From an uncultured Myxococcales bacterium (GTDB taxonomy: Bacteria > Myxococcota_A > UBA9042 > CAIXZC01): 39,887 nucleotides of DNA. Made by a program: the position numbers and the translations under genes. Shown here piece by piece: positions 12,301 through 19,402 of this stretch. The DNA lies in the NCBI GenBank assembly GCA_903923815.1, contig CAIXZC010000007.1, positions 1 to 39,887 of the forward strand, read 5' to 3'. The notes beneath the pieces were generated by a model. It saw nothing but the letters and a program-made list of their open reading frames with translations, had not been told where the DNA came from and ran no database searches. Every line of letters starts with the position of its first letter. The first letter of the stretch is position 1.

Positions 12301-12488
12301 TCGGCGGCATCTTCACCCGCAGCTCGTCCAAGAACTTCAAGAAGGTGCCGTTCTTTGCCGACATCCCCCTGCTGGGCTGGTTCTTCCGGTCCAACAAGGA
12401 GGCCGATCAGCGCTCCGAGATGCTGATCTTCATCACCCCGCGCATTGTGAATCGTCAGGCCGCGAGGGTGGACACCGTGGTGGACTGA
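6372..12488 (+). CDS. pilQ: Giant type IVa pilus secretin PilQ (AMIN - ~1300-aa coiled coil - AMIN - N0/N1 - secretin)
   Basis: Signal peptide. AMIN-like FRLQDPPRLLVDI. N0 motifs YSGKRINLSIKDADI and VPWDLALDMIL. Secretin motifs PQVLIEARIVEA, LKDGDTTVIGGIF, VPFFADIPLLGWFF, EMLIFITPRIV. Confidence 0.93.
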   Translation: MKTVQFAILAMLLLPLALQAAPDNRLKGISVEENTEGTLITIEGSGTPTFSAFRLQDPPRLLVDIAGAEVTGRQGTVEVYNGVVAQVGTIAFGSGDKKTVRVIVTFEKDSPYDVRAVGQRLLILVDGEGRRGAGGDTQVAQREKEHLDKAISREKTLLAQLQTAREKEETLRGEAQKALTEEKKLLDKVAEEKKRLEELQMQARLSLAKEQELTELAKNATAMAEEQRVAAARAAELEQQKVVALQAKRVKIEALKAALDKERLAAEEARVAQEKAEELARARRQAMEQEASKAEELRQASEEALREQQKKLEIARREALLASNEQDAAAKLRAEEERQLKLLAEARKQQEALLQQATAAREAQEATAAKLQDENRKIAELNERVKSDSQQVEAKKLRAEAEARKATLEKEQREREAEVARLERQKEEAAARAIEQEAAAETARLDATRTASEREQELQAQALEKRRNEEALAAAQQRQLAATEAKLAAAREALSSEEARRKVLAEAVELDAKRAEAAESVARLRAEHDHAMAEKERIEREVTETRIQLDTLKKEKSELEAMVAQRKSEEANLQTIQTDRNKLEEERSKLEDERAMLAFQIDESRMKLGEFDKAREAKRQELSRIDERMNLSSKAIDEVNAQLVLEQENLRRMVDQRKEEEKRLETLRENIRQLQANKTASDNETVGKLQGELATKEQALAERDKRLAELETRLGRLSGELDSTRKQAGTESDETAKLRSRLEERTRDYERLDREYRDATRRLAELKAGRDEGMRKAGELETRLEDSVRRMDEINKEYNGLLAERERWADMNKAEKQEVSRLKKDLAKGQTEYAKLLKSREAMEKKLLVLSRDLARAEEEKAGLERGLQEAQRQLEGQRGALTEARKRSDELEQTRQARGEDLLKIQADLDASRQALAGYEAEVARLRQSEQLGEADKARLAETEQQLEAEKGRGSQLDTEKDKLQQLIAALGAQREAEKNEVERLAFRVKELEVTGSQADKALQDSAKKLGSLKERLDKEQALQVELVAKMEASKAEAAEWKNRYEQLVVASQKNDQEKKNTEAEVTRLRAHLEQQRNDLDALRQVTDRNRTSGAETTARFEELQSQVAKERDRAEAERKNSEALQAELASTRETQAKAQIAWKNEQARTLAELETLRAAGMAQESKISELKAQLAKSEENRNGAEAEAEALAKAKTEYEQSLKAREQEVARLKAERDLEAQAAREAQDNAQKADQEEQNNLQARERELARLKAERDAEAKSAKEARENGKLSREQETKYQAELKRRDRELSQMEAQIADLKASQAAQDKKKQAELASLKKEYDRTLQDREKEIARLKADRDAESAKAAKARDGGKLNKAQEAKFQQELKRRDEEVAKAEAEAAALKASFEEAKAQAQAAKEEELEAVKTAKDGELRAREAEIEVLKAKLLAQKVAEPKSAVKAIDFDGSKGRAVLKISVDGQPNYQVEARSDKDYLMIFDGTSIPAALQRTLDTQEFASPVAWVSSYEDPGRKGRTVVSVHLKEPASNSVISTNGSVQWSFKGGSEAEGTASAAAPSAGAQTAVVGQAKGGPQTNAAVVTAGLANPQNPFAVVNPNPGKKKKKYSGKRINLSIKDADIQHVLAFLSRVGGVNIVTSEGVRGNVSFYLEDVPWDLALDMILKSSGMDYVAEEGIYRVAPQAEIQKEYEVALDKQKKITELKQLQVKLIPVNYADADELAKQVKSILSDKGQISVDKRTNTLIVKDIEEHVAALDDLVRRLDAQTPQVLIEARIVEASNDFTREVGVQWGGSLQASPEYANQTGLIFPSSVGLAGGSSDQSSTTNGLFLNGNPNYAVNLPAAAGQGTGGSIGLSLGSVGGAANLYLRLSAAEAEGVVKIISAPRISTVDNTAATIQQGVSFPVSVVSAQGVNTQFFDANLKLDVVPHVTQDGNIQLKIDITKNEPDFSQVGANGNPTIRKKEAHTELLLKDGDTTVIGGIFTRSSSKNFKKVPFFADIPLLGWFFRSNKEADQRSEMLIFITPRIVNRQAARVDTVVD
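9981..10665 (+). repeat. Degenerate in-frame repeats inside the PilQ coiled coil
   Basis: ARLKAERD/ARLKAERD/ARLKADRD units near 10002, 10119 and 10374 (39- and 85-aa spacing). The last two extend to ...GKL..QE.K[YF]Q.ELKRRD.E. Confidence 0.7.
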
Positions 12489-12514
12489 AGGCCAGTGGAA
12501 TTGGGAGGTCTGCG

Positions 12515-13345
12515 ATGAAAAAGATGATGCTGATGCTGGCGCTGCTTCCGGTGCTGTACTCCTGCGCCCCGGAGGGAGTGAGCCAGTCCTTCGTGGTCAC
12601 CGGCTGCACGCTGGTGGACTACCGAAACCAGTGCAAGCTGTCCACCACCGGCAACGTGACGGAGCTGCGCTCGGTGGGCATCCTGGACCTGCTGTTCACC
12701 AATAAGTACTGGGTGGCCCCGGTCATCATGAATGACACCAACCCGCCCACCGATGGCTCCACCATTGGCGGCAAGGGCATCTCCGTCCTGGGGGCGCACC
12801 TGTCCTACCAGATCGGTCAGCTTGGCGGGCAATACGACACCAAGAAGGTCATCAAGCCCTACAAGGTCTTCATGCCCGCGTCGGGCTTCATCAAGCCCGG
12901 CGAAATCACCACCATCATGTTGGAAGGCATCCCCGCCGAGATCGGCGCCCTTCTTGACCGCGACATGGCCTTTGACGAGCGCTACTCCGGCGGCTACATC
13001 GCCGTGACCATCCAGCTTGAGGGCGTCATGACGGACGGTACCAGCGTCATGTCCAACAAGTTCGTGTACCCGATCCAGCTTTGCCGTGGATGCCTGCTGT
13101 ACTACCCGATCCCGCTGTCCCAGTGCTGCAACGGCACCATCGGCGAGGTCTACATCTGCTATCCCGGCCAGGACGACGGTATCCCCTGCGACCTGGGCTG
13201 CTCGGTCATGGACATGTACGACCGCTACGCGGAGAAGAAGGCCATGCTGCTGGGCACGATAGACTCCCTGGCGGACCCCATCCCCAAGATGCACCTGCTG
13301 GAAGGCCAGTCCGACGAATTCGGTATCATCCAGGGCCAGCCCTGA
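12515..13345 (+). CDS. Cys-rich lipoprotein of unknown function downstream of pilQ (276 aa)
   Basis: ATG 12515 after GGGAGG. Signal MKKMMLMLALLPVLYSC with lipobox-like LYSC. Cys cluster YPIQLCRGCL...CYPGQDDGIPC. Confidence 0.75.
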   Translation: MKKMMLMLALLPVLYSCAPEGVSQSFVVTGCTLVDYRNQCKLSTTGNVTELRSVGILDLLFTNKYWVAPVIMNDTNPPTDGSTIGGKGISVLGAHLSYQIGQLGGQYDTKKVIKPYKVFMPASGFIKPGEITTIMLEGIPAEIGALLDRDMAFDERYSGGYIAVTIQLEGVMTDGTSVMSNKFVYPIQLCRGCLLYYPIPLSQCCNGTIGEVYICYPGQDDGIPCDLGCSVMDMYDRYAEKKAMLLGTIDSLADPIPKMHLLEGQSDEFGIIQGQP

Positions 13346-14279
13346 GCCACGCCCTGAGGCTGGTCTTGGCCAGCCCCTCTGCCCCCAACCCCACCGCCAA
13401 TGCCCCCGCAGGCCCCCAGAGCCTGGCCTTTGCCAGCAGGTTCGCTGCGTTGTGGGCCACCGGCCGGGAGGAGCTGTGCAGCAACTCTTCCAGGGCCCGC
13501 TGGGCCAGCAGCAGGCAGGACACCAGGTCCTGGCGGTTGTGCTCCATCATGGCCTCCAGGCTGGCCTCGTCCCGGGTGTTCAGCCAGGAGAACCAGGCCG
13601 CCGGCATCAGCGCCCCCTCCAGCTCCCCCGGCCCCCGCGCCAGGCCCAGCAGCTCGCCCTCCAGGGTCCCCAGCCGATGGTTGGTCAGGGTGCCCTTCCA
13701 AAGCGCACGGCCGGTGTGCAACAGATCCAGGTGGGGCAGGGTCCGGGGCTCGGCCTCGGGGGCGGGCAGCAGGCCATTGATGATGAGACGGTTGCGCAGC
13801 ACCGCCAGGTCGTAGCTTTTTCCGTTATACGAGATGAGCAGGGGGCGGGACTCCAGTTGGTCCAGGAAGGCCTGCAGCAACTGGGCCTCCAGCCCCAGCG
13901 TCCGCAGAAAATATTGCTCCAGCACCACGGCGTCCGGGCCCAGGCGCACCATCCCCAGCAGGAACACCAGCGTGCCCGCCCCCCGGGACAGCCCCGTGGC
14001 CTCCACGTCAAACAGCAGCGCCCCTCGGTGGCCCTCCTGGGGGCTTCGCCGCAGCATGGCCCGCAGCACCGGCGGCAGGCCCCCAGCCTTCCGGGTACAG
14101 CCAAGCAGGGCCTTGAGGAGCCCCAGGTCCAGGTCCAGCACCTCCCGCCGCACCAGACACGGGTCTTCCTGGTGGGTCTTGGGAGGGGGCGCGGGGGGAG
14201 GGGTCATGGCGTTACCAGGCCCGGGCCCACCGGGGGCGCCGGCCAGATGGCCCTCCAGGCGTTTCAGCAGTCGACTCAC
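13326..14279 (-). CDS. YprB/MrfB-like RNase H-fold (DEDD) exonuclease
   Basis: GTG start overlaps the helicase TGA (GTGA). Motifs FDVEATGL, SYNGKSYD, HLDLLH, LGTLE, HNRQD. Confidence 0.82.
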   Translation of the reverse strand: MSRLLKRLEGHLAGAPGGPGPGNAMTPPPAPPPKTHQEDPCLVRREVLDLDLGLLKALLGCTRKAGGLPPVLRAMLRRSPQEGHRGALLFDVEATGLSRGAGTLVFLLGMVRLGPDAVVLEQYFLRTLGLEAQLLQAFLDQLESRPLLISYNGKSYDLAVLRNRLIINGLLPAPEAEPRTLPHLDLLHTGRALWKGTLTNHRLGTLEGELLGLARGPGELEGALMPAAWFSWLNTRDEASLEAMMEHNRQDLVSCLLLAQRALEELLHSSSRPVAHNAANLLAKARLWGPAGALAVGLGAEGLAKTSLRAWLRAGPG

Positions 14280-16582
14280 GGGCGGTGCTCCAGGCGCTGG
14301 CCCAGCAGGCGCCCCAAGGTGAGGCTCAGCTCTTTGCGTTGGGGCCCCGCCCCCCCGGCCCCCGCCCCGATACAGGAGGGACAGCCCTCTGCGCAGGGGC
14401 AGTCCGCGATGAGGGTGCAGGCGTCCTCCAGGACCTCTGGAAAGAGGGTCCAAAGCCGGGGCGACAGGCCCACTCCGCCGGGGCGCCAGTCGTAGAAGTA
14501 CATGGCGGGGCTGAACTGGTCCGGGCTGGTGGCCAGGTCCGGCAGTTCGTGATGATCCACCACCGTGCTGCCCAGGTCCCGCAGGTCGCACATGAGGCGC
14601 AGCGAGGCCATGGCCTTGAGCACCCGGGTCAGGCCCCGCAGGGTGTCCATGACCAGGTCCGGGGTGCAGGGGAGGGTGGCCAGCAGGTCGGCGGGGGGCT
14701 GGAGCCAGGTGGTGGTGGTGTGCATGGTCAGCTCGGGCAGGTTGACCTCGCCGTAGCCGACGTTCTCGTTGGAGTAGAAGCGGATCTTCTTGTAGCCCAC
14801 TACGCGCTCGGTGACGGAGGCCTCGCCGTGGCCGCGCAGGGCCGGGCCTTCGTCTTCCCGGGAGAGGAGCTTGACCTCCACGTGGGTCTCGGCGTCCGTG
14901 TAGTAGTCGGTGACGGAGCGCTCTACGTAGGCCTTGCGGCCCGGGTAGTCCAGGCGCTTGACCAGGTACTGTTCGCCCTCGACGTTGTGGATGGCGCCCT
15001 CGTGGAGGACCGTGTGGGCGCTGACGAAGTCCACCTCGGCGACGATCTTCTCGCGGTCCTGGTCGATGACCACGAAGTTCTCTCCGGGGATGTTGCGCAG
15101 GCTGACGCTGGCCGCGGGGAAGACGTCGGAGGTCCAGGTGAAGCGGCCCCCGGAGTGGTGCAGCAGGCCCCCGCGGCGCAGCAACTCCAGCATGTCGGAG
15201 GTCTCCTGAACTTGATGGGGGCCGAAGCGGCTGCCGTCGTGGAAGGGCAGCTCGAAGGCGGCGCACTTCAGGTGGTCCATCAGGATGTAGGGATTGTCGG
15301 GGTCGATGAGGGCCAGCTCGGGGCGGCGGCCCAGCAGGAAGTCGGGGTTGCCCAGCATGAACTGGTCCGTGGCGGCGGAGGAGCCCACCAGCACGGACAG
15401 GCTGTCCGACAGGCGGCGGCCCGCCCGGCCCCACTGCTGCCACAGGCCCGCCTGGGTGCCCGGGTAACCCACCACCAGGGAGAGGTCCAGGCTGCCGATG
15501 TCGATGCCCAACTCCAGGGCGTTGGTGGTGACCACGCAGCGGATGGCGCCCTCACGGATGCCCTTCTCGATGGCGCGGCGGCGGTCCGGCAGGTAGCCCC
15601 CGCGGTAGGACTGGACCCAGGCCGGCGGCAGGCCGCGCTTCTCGGCCTCCTCCCGAAGGTACTTGAGCAGCAGCTCGACCTTCAGGCGGGAGCCCGCAAA
15701 GACGATGCTGGACAGGCCCGCCTCCAGGGCGTCCATGGCCAGGCGCCTGGCGTGGGTGATGGTGCTGCCCCGAAGGCCCAGCTCGCGGTTCACGATGGGC
15801 GGGTTGTACAGCAGGACGTGGCGCAGGCCCGAGGGCGAGCCGTTCTTGTCCACCAGGACGACGTCGTCGTCGATGAGGCCGGCGGCCAACTCGGCGGGGT
15901 TGCCGATGGTGGCGGAGCACAGGATGAAGACCGGCTTGCTGCCGTGGAAGGCGGCGATGCGCTTGAGGCGCCGCAGGACGTTGGCCAGGTGGCTGCCGAA
16001 GACCCCCCGGTAGCTGTGGACCTCGTCAATTACCACGTAGCGCAGGTTGGAGAACAGCTTCATCCAGGTGGCGTGGTGGGGCAGGATGCCGGAGTGCAGC
16101 ATGTCGGGGTTGGTCATGACCGCGTTGCCGTGTTCTTTCACCGCGGCGCGGGCGGCGGAGGGGGTGTCCCCGTCGAAGGTGTGGACCTTGGCGGGGATGC
16201 CGGCGGCCTCGGCCAGGCGCAGGAATTCGTGGTACTGGTCCTGGGCCAGGGCCTTGGTGGGGAACAGGTACAGGGCCCGGGCGCCGGGGTCGTCCGCGAT
16301 GGCCTTGAGGATGGGCAGGTTGTAGGCCAGGGTCTTGCCGCTGGCGGTGGGGGTGACCAGGCACACGTTGCGCCCGGCCCGGGCGGCGTCTGCGGCCTCC
16401 CGCTGGTGGGACCATAGCTGGGAAATACCGCGGGCTTCCAGGGCTAGGGCCAGCCCCTCGGGGGTCCAGGAGGGCAGGGGGCTGACGCTGGCGTCCCTGG
16501 CAGAAACGGTCCGATAGGCGCAAAGATTTGGCGCAACGGCCTTGTTGCTCCACCAGCGCTGCATCAGGTCTTGGGTCTTCAT
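14276..16582 (-). CDS. YprA/MrfA (Hrq1-like) DEAD/DEAH-box helicase with DUF1998 C-terminus
   Basis: TPTASGKT, FPTKALAQDQ, TNPDMLH, DEVH, SAT, TNALELGIDIG, QQWGRAGRR, C-terminal CPCAEGCPSC. Start uncertain (ATG 16582 or 16594). Confidence 0.9.
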   Translation of the reverse strand: MKTQDLMQRWWSNKAVAPNLCAYRTVSARDASVSPLPSWTPEGLALALEARGISQLWSHQREAADAARAGRNVCLVTPTASGKTLAYNLPILKAIADDPGARALYLFPTKALAQDQYHEFLRLAEAAGIPAKVHTFDGDTPSAARAAVKEHGNAVMTNPDMLHSGILPHHATWMKLFSNLRYVVIDEVHSYRGVFGSHLANVLRRLKRIAAFHGSKPVFILCSATIGNPAELAAGLIDDDVVLVDKNGSPSGLRHVLLYNPPIVNRELGLRGSTITHARRLAMDALEAGLSSIVFAGSRLKVELLLKYLREEAEKRGLPPAWVQSYRGGYLPDRRRAIEKGIREGAIRCVVTTNALELGIDIGSLDLSLVVGYPGTQAGLWQQWGRAGRRLSDSLSVLVGSSAATDQFMLGNPDFLLGRRPELALIDPDNPYILMDHLKCAAFELPFHDGSRFGPHQVQETSDMLELLRRGGLLHHSGGRFTWTSDVFPAASVSLRNIPGENFVVIDQDREKIVAEVDFVSAHTVLHEGAIHNVEGEQYLVKRLDYPGRKAYVERSVTDYYTDAETHVEVKLLSREDEGPALRGHGEASVTERVVGYKKIRFYSNENVGYGEVNLPELTMHTTTTWLQPPADLLATLPCTPDLVMDTLRGLTRVLKAMASLRLMCDLRDLGSTVVDHHELPDLATSPDQFSPAMYFYDWRPGGVGLSPRLWTLFPEVLEDACTLIADCPCAEGCPSCIGAGAGGAGPQRKELSLTLGRLLGQRLEHRP

Positions 16583-16591
16583 GGGCGGCCC

Positions 16592-16641
16592 CATACTGAA
16601 CAAGTTTTCAGTATGCTAGCGCCACGATTTGCCGCTGGCAA
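16592..16641 (-). promoter_or_regulatory. sigma70 promoter overlapped by a LexA/SOS-box-like palindrome upstream of the helicase
   Basis: Minus strand TTGCCA (16641-16636), 17-nt spacer, TAGCAT (16618-16613). Perfect inverted repeat CATACTGAA-N6-TTCAGTATG (16592-16615), i.e. TACTG-N10-CAGTA. Confidence 0.7.
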
Positions 16642-16689
16642 GTTGTTTGAAAGTCAGCCCCGTAAGGGAGCCCCAGTGGCGCTTTCGGC

Positions 16690-16953
16690 TCAGGCCCGGC
16701 CTCCGCGCCCGGCGTTGATGGCTTTGCGAGGATCGGCCCCGCAGTGGGGACACTTCATGATGCCCCCGGCGATGGGCTTGTTGCAGGCGGGGCAGAGCGC
16801 CCGTTTATCCGGGCCCAGCGCCACGATGATCCAGGCCAGGGGGCCAAGGATCATGCCCGACAGCGCCCCGAAGCCTGCGCGGCCCTTGCGTTCCCCGAAG
16901 ATGGCGCCGACAAGAGCCCCAATCACGATCCATCCAAGAATCAGCTTGTTCAT
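16690..16953 (-). CDS. Small membrane protein with C-terminal zinc ribbon (87 aa)
   Basis: AAGGAG SD, two hydrophobic segments, G...GF...ILGPL motif, CPAC-x10-CPHC. Confidence 0.75.
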   Translation of the reverse strand: MNKLILGWIVIGALVGAIFGERKGRAGFGALSGMILGPLAWIIVALGPDKRALCPACNKPIAGGIMKCPHCGADPRKAINAGRGGRA

Positions 16954-17168
16954 GACGATACACTCCTTTGTTTGCAAACACAGTTTTAATTGACTCCAAC
17001 GACCAACTGCCATTCATACAATGATTCATTTTGTTTACTCCATTTACTCATTTACGGAGGCGCCCGAACGAGGAGCCCCATTGAGCCCGCAGGATAGGAA
17101 CGCCCGGTGCGTCAATGCAAGGGCTTTCGAAGGCCCCCCGGGGAAAAACCGCGATCCGCATGCCGGAC

Positions 17169-17197
17169 TTGACCGGTGCCCCGGGGCGGGTTAGGCT
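17169..17197 (+). promoter_or_regulatory. Putative sigma70 promoter for the FHA-GGDEF gene
   Basis: TTGACC (17169-17174), 17-nt spacer, TAGGCT (17192-17197). Confidence 0.45.
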
Positions 17198-17220
17198 TCG
17201 AACCCTGGAGTAGCCGCACC

Positions 17221-18159
17221 ATGAAGAAGATGACCGACGATACCACCAGGGTAACAGCCATGCACAACCTGTCGGATGGCGCATCCGACGCGGTTGATTG
17301 CCTGGTGCAGATCTATGGCAAGGCCCTGGGCAAGAAGTACGAGATGTTCGAGCCCCTGGTGACCCTGGGCCGGGATCCCCAGAACTCCATCGTGTTGGAT
17401 TCGGACTCCGTCTCCCGGCGCCACGCGGTGGTGGAGATCACCGACAAGGGCCGGGTGCTTCGGGACCTGGACTCCACCAACGGCACCTACCTCAATGACA
17501 TCCAGATCAAAAGCGCCGTCCTGTCCCAGAATGACCTGGTCAAGATCGGCGATACCATCTTCAAGTTCCTCAGCGGCAACAACATTGAGTCCCAGTACCA
17601 CGAAGAGATCTACCGCATGACCATCTGGGATGGCCTCACCCAGATCGCCAACAAGCGGCACCTCATGGATCACCTGGACAAGGAGTTCGCGCGCTGCCAG
17701 CGCTACAACCGCAACCTGTCCCTGGTGATGTTCGACATCGACTTCTTCAAGAACGTCAATGACACCTACGGGCACCTCACGGGGGACTACGTCCTGAAGG
17801 AGCTGTCCGATCTGCTGCGCAATCGCATCCGCCGCGAGGAACTGTTCGCTCGCTACGGCGGCGAGGAGTTCGCCATCGTCCTGCCGGAGTCCGACACCAA
17901 GGTTGCGTCCCGCTTTGCGGACATCATCCGGGCCAAGGTGGAGGACCACGTCTTTGAGTTCGAGGGCCAGCAGATCAAGGTGACCATCAGCCTGGGCGTG
18001 GCCTCCATGAACCTGGCCATGAAGACCGTCTCCGAGTTCATCGGGCAGGTGGACGCCGCCCTCTACGAGGCCAAGCGCCTTGGCAGGAATCGGGTGGTGG
18101 TGGCAGGAAACGTGGACGAACCCTCAGCGCCCATCAATCTGGACGAGCTTCACCCCTAG
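17221..18159 (+). CDS. FHA-domain diguanylate cyclase
   Basis: FHA motifs LGR, VSRRHA, DLDSTNGT. GGDEF domain with DGLTQIANKR, DIDFFKNVNDTYGH, ARYGGEEF, ALYEAKRLGRN. Confidence 0.92.
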   Translation: MKKMTDDTTRVTAMHNLSDGASDAVDCLVQIYGKALGKKYEMFEPLVTLGRDPQNSIVLDSDSVSRRHAVVEITDKGRVLRDLDSTNGTYLNDIQIKSAVLSQNDLVKIGDTIFKFLSGNNIESQYHEEIYRMTIWDGLTQIANKRHLMDHLDKEFARCQRYNRNLSLVMFDIDFFKNVNDTYGHLTGDYVLKELSDLLRNRIRREELFARYGGEEFAIVLPESDTKVASRFADIIRAKVEDHVFEFEGQQIKVTISLGVASMNLAMKTVSEFIGQVDAALYEAKRLGRNRVVVAGNVDEPSAPINLDELHP

Positions 18160-18164
18160 ACGGC

Positions 18165-19367
18165 TCAAACCTCATCCAACAGGTGCCCCAGCTTGTCCTT
18201 CTTGGTCTTCAGGTAACGCTGATTGCTGTCCTGGGGGGCGATCTCCAGGGCCACCCGCTCGACGATCTCCAGGCCAAAGCCCCGGATGCCCACCAGCTTG
18301 CGGGGGTTGTTGGTCAGCAGCCGCACCCGGGTCAGTCCCAGGCGGCGCAGGATCTGCGCCCCCACGCCGTAGTTTCGCAGGTCCGCCGGGAAGCCCAGGC
18401 TGAGGTTGGCCTCCACCGTGTCCTGGCCCTGGTCCTGCAACTCGTAGGCCTTGATCTTGTTCAGCAGGCCGATGCCCCGGCCCTCCTGGCGAAGGTACAG
18501 GATGACCCCCCGTCCCTCGGCCTCAATCAGCTGCTTGGCCTTCTCCAGTTGCTGGCCGCAGTCGCAGCGGGCGGAGTGGAACACATCCCCCGTGAGGCAC
18601 TCGCTGTGGACCCTCACCAGGATGGGGCGTTCCCCCTCCAGCTCCCCCAGGATGAACACGGGGTGGCTGGTGCCGTCCATGGGGTTCTCGAAGACCCGCA
18701 CCTGCCAGCTGGCGTGCTCCGTGGGCAGTTGGGCGACGGCGGCCTCCCGCACAAAGGACTCGTGCTTCATGCGGTAGTCGATGAGGCTGGCGATGGAGAC
18801 GATCTTCAGGCCGTGCTGCTGGGAGAACAGCGTCAGGTCCTTCATGCGCGCCATGGAGCCGTCGGGGTTCATGATCTCGCAGATGACCCCCGCGGGTTCC
18901 AGGCCCGCAAGGCGCGCCAGGTCCACCGACCCTTCGGTCTGGCCAGAGCGCACCAGCACGCCTCCGTCCCTGGCGATGATGGGGAACACGTGCCCCGGGG
19001 ACACCAGATCCTCGGCCTCGGCGTTGGGGGCGATGGCGGCCCGGACGGTGATGGCGCGGTCCGCCGCGGAGATGCCCGTGCTGACCCCCTTGCGGGCCTC
19101 CACCGAGATGGTGAAGGCGGTCTCGAAGCGGGACTGGTTGTTCCGGGTCATGAGAGGAAGCTGCAGCCGCCGGGCGCGGTCCGCGGTGATGGTCATGCAG
19201 ATGAGGCCGCGGCCATAGGTGGCCATGAAGTTGATGTGCTCGGGGGTGACGAACTGGGCGGCCATGCACAGGTCCCCTTCGTTCTCCCGGTCCTCGTCGT
19301 CCACCAGGATGATCATCCGGCCGTTGCGGATGTCTTCAATCGCTTCTTCGATGCGGGCGAAAGCCAT
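18165..19367 (-). CDS. ribBA: Bifunctional DHBP synthase / GTP cyclohydrolase II
   Basis: [57 protein letters not shown]. Confidence 0.96.
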   Translation of the reverse strand: MAFARIEEAIEDIRNGRMIILVDDEDRENEGDLCMAAQFVTPEHINFMATYGRGLICMTITADRARRLQLPLMTRNNQSRFETAFTISVEARKGVSTGISAADRAITVRAAIAPNAEAEDLVSPGHVFPIIARDGGVLVRSGQTEGSVDLARLAGLEPAGVICEIMNPDGSMARMKDLTLFSQQHGLKIVSIASLIDYRMKHESFVREAAVAQLPTEHASWQVRVFENPMDGTSHPVFILGELEGERPILVRVHSECLTGDVFHSARCDCGQQLEKAKQLIEAEGRGVILYLRQEGRGIGLLNKIKAYELQDQGQDTVEANLSLGFPADLRNYGVGAQILRRLGLTRVRLLTNNPRKLVGIRGFGLEIVERVALEIAPQDSNQRYLKTKKDKLGHLLDEV

Positions 19368-19402
19368 TGCCCACCTCCTTGAGTTGCTGTGTTGAGGAGT
19401 CT

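Noticed and set aside
11735-15443. Extended ORF calls 11735-13345 (+) and 13326-15443 (-)
   Set aside because: The N-terminal extensions overlap pilQ and the helicase in other frames. Better starts are ATG 12515 and GTG 14279.
14276-16582. DUF1998 helicase as part of an anti-phage system (DISARM/Druantia-like)
   Set aside because: No methylase or other defence partners are nearby. The YprB-like partner and the SOS-like box point to DNA repair.
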